A stretch of DNA of 64,000 nt from Gammaproteobacteria bacterium (GTDB lineage: Bacteria; Pseudomonadota; Gammaproteobacteria; CBDBNL01; JAAOII01), in the NCBI GenBank assembly GCA_965209035.1, contig OZ242372.1:1824001-1888000 (forward strand). Direction: 5' to 3'. Shown here one piece after another: positions 61,988-64,000 of this stretch (the stretch's first letter is position 1; the number at the start of each line of letters is the position of its first letter). A program made the translations under genes and the position numbers. The notes under the pieces are model-generated. The model worked only from the letters and a program-made list of their open reading frames with translations, did no database searches and was not told where the DNA came from.

Positions 61988-63487
61988 TCATTCCTTACCC
62001 TTGTACTCCTTTGCTCTTTTTCCCCGAAACAATAAGTTACAAAGCAAAGCAACCATACCGGCTGCGAGGGGAGCGCAAATAAAACTCAACAGCAGTAAGG
62101 TGTTGGGATTTGAGGCGATATCCGCACAACCGGCATTTTCGGGCGAGGGCGTCCAAAAGGAAAAGGAAAAGCAGATGATGTTTTGACTCAATTCGGGGAA
62201 CAGAGGACCGAATGAGGGAGAGATCATAAAAACAAGACCGCAAAGGATGCCGCATACCGCACTCACAAGCATGTGAGTTTGACTAAAACTCTTCTTATAT
62301 AAGCCGTAAAAGAGCGGAATCACCGTGCCGGCACAGATTAGATCCGCCAGTAAAAACAAATACAGGACGCTGTAACCGCGCATTGCGACCAATGCCGCAA
62401 GTAAGGCCAGAACGGATGTGACGGCGTATCGGATATATGCGGATGATTTGCCGGCCGCCGCGGCCGCGCGGCCGGAAACAAACTCGGTCGCGCACTCGGC
62501 AAGTGCGTTGAGGAGACTGTCCAAACTGCTCATCACCAGTAAGATAGCAACGAGCAACAGAAGGACGAGTAACCACTCCGGGGCGAGTTGTGCCATTACC
62601 AAAAACAACTCGGTCTCAGCCGTATCCGCAAGAATGTTAAGACGCAGGGCGAATATCCCGAAAGAGCCGGCTATTAAAATAATCGGTATGATCAGAAGAC
62701 CCGCCGAGAAAAAAGACCAACGCATCACCCGTTCATTGCGACAAGCATAGGCTCGTTGCCACAAGGTCTGGTTAAAAACTTGTGCCGCCAAAATGGCAAT
62801 AAACAAAGTCACGCCGAAACCCGCGCCAAATTGGGGGAATAGGGTTTCTGTCAGAACGAAATCTTGATCCGATTGAATATGTTCCGGCAGAGAGACAAGA
62901 ACGAAAACGAACATCAAAATTAGCAGAGGCACCAACATAGCAAACTGAATTTTATCGGTCCATACGACACTCCCGAAACCGCCTCGGTTGGTATATAACC
63001 AGGTACCAAATGCGACAGCTCCGACAGTGAGCCATCTCGGAATGTCTGAGATCAGTACTGCTGCCGTCCCTATGGCGGTTAGTTCGGCAGCCAGAAAAAT
63101 ACCCATATAAAAGAAACTGACGACAAGTGCGAACAGGGCCGCACCGCGTCCGTAGCGAATGTTCGCCCAGGTTGGCAGGCTGTAACCTTGCGGCAGCATT
63201 TTAAGCAATCGGGTTCCAAGGATGGCGATCACAAAGAAGGGGGCGGCTTGCCCTAACGCATAGCCGGATAACCCTTTCAGCCCCGCCCAACCCGCTGCTT
63301 GAGGAGGACTAAACAAAATCCATACGCCGGCGGCCGAGGCAACCAGAGTTGCCACCGAAGAGAAGAAGCCAAGTGAGCCGGCCGCAGCGGTTGTTTCGCC
63401 TTGTGTGTTTGGCACAAGGCGCAAACGAAATAAGGCCAGAGCCGCAAAAATCAGCGGAACCAGAATAATGACAAGAGAGAATTGCAT
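61988..63487 (-). CDS. sodium:solute symporter family protein
   Basis: many TM helices; YTNRGGFGSVVWTDKIQ, QTLWQRAYA, MSSLDSLLNA. Confidence 0.85.
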   Translation of the reverse strand: MQFSLVIILVPLIFAALALFRLRLVPNTQGETTAAAGSLGFFSSVATLVASAAGVWILFSPPQAAGWAGLKGLSGYALGQAAPFFVIAILGTRLLKMLPQGYSLPTWANIRYGRGAALFALVVSFFYMGIFLAAELTAIGTAAVLISDIPRWLTVGAVAFGTWLYTNRGGFGSVVWTDKIQFAMLVPLLILMFVFVLVSLPEHIQSDQDFVLTETLFPQFGAGFGVTLFIAILAAQVFNQTLWQRAYACRNERVMRWSFFSAGLLIIPIILIAGSFGIFALRLNILADTAETELFLVMAQLAPEWLLVLLLLVAILLVMSSLDSLLNALAECATEFVSGRAAAAAGKSSAYIRYAVTSVLALLAALVAMRGYSVLYLFLLADLICAGTVIPLFYGLYKKSFSQTHMLVSAVCGILCGLVFMISPSFGPLFPELSQNIICFSFSFWTPSPENAGCADIASNPNTLLLLSFICAPLAAGMVALLCNLLFRGKRAKEYKGKE

Positions 63488-64000
63488 TTGAGTCGCTTAA
63501 GAAATTAAGTGATGACAATCCCGGGCGGACTGCATATCTTTTTTTAATGAGAGCGGGACGCTCACTATTCCAAATATTTTTTGCGGAGGTTTTATTGCCA
63601 TGTTTTTATTTTAGGAATAATTAAACTACTGTGAGCCGGTTGGTTATTTCTATTACTGTCGCCGACAATATTTTTATTAAAGTGTTTGCGGTTTCGGTAT
63701 GTCTCTTTTTAATGTCTCTTATATATGCCTATTTGAGACACTTTCAAGCATACTCTATTTGCTATTCAACGATTTTCTTTGTCGATGCTTGCAAAAAAGA
63801 GGTTAAAAGAAACCGGAAGGAATTGGCAAAAAAGTACCAATATCTTATGAAGAGTGGTATAATACGATTTATGGTTTTGGTGATTATGTGTGTTCAGCCG
63901 AATACTCGAATATCGGGTCGTGCCAATATGATGATGCGACTTTCCAAATCACAGAGAAGAATCTTTTCACAGATAATTTTCTCCTCGATCAACTATTTAC

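Noticed and set aside
63488-63700. Riboswitch upstream of the sodium:solute symporter
   Set aside because: No TPP, SAM or other conserved aptamer motifs recognised on the minus strand
63699-64000. Open frames running off the right edge
   Set aside because: Two competing + frames, no recognisable domain, truncated by the window

Overview
64-kb bacterial chromosomal window whose housekeeping genes look gammaproteobacterial (rlmB, six tRNAs, rnhA-dnaQ-lpxH-prmC-dtd, rpmE, gltD-cysI-DUF934-cysG-lysC, pgk, dacA-lipB-lipA, dprA, sodB). Interleaved accessory DNA: (i) an AT-rich BcgI-like (Type IIB) R-M pair beside tRNA-Ser whose S subunit has one TRD fused to a DUF4145/HEPN-like domain; (ii) a sugar-catabolic/ABC operon with an inserted PQQ-type sugar dehydrogenase gene; (iii) a single-polypeptide nuclease-helicase-methylase (Type ISP-like) R-M gene split by a C25 tract; (iv) a complete four-gene Zorya type I anti-phage operon; (v) a ~1770-aa FN3/thrombospondin-3/GLUG surface lipoprotein gene nested between IS481 remnants inside an IS1634-family relic with perfect 14-bp inverted repeats and an 80-bp target duplication. 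The most notable unexplained pattern is that three accessory blocks are each bracketed by long direct repeats (80, ~178 and ~350-440 bp) of neighbouring chromosomal sequence; in one case the duplicated gene start is translationally coupled to the inserted gene. Other oddities: the pgk stop codon lies inside tRNA-Arg, none of the six tRNAs encodes CCA, there is a deleted sat remnant although sulfite reductase is intact, and short tandem micro-duplications are frequent. All calls come from motif recognition and manual alignment; no database searches were run.
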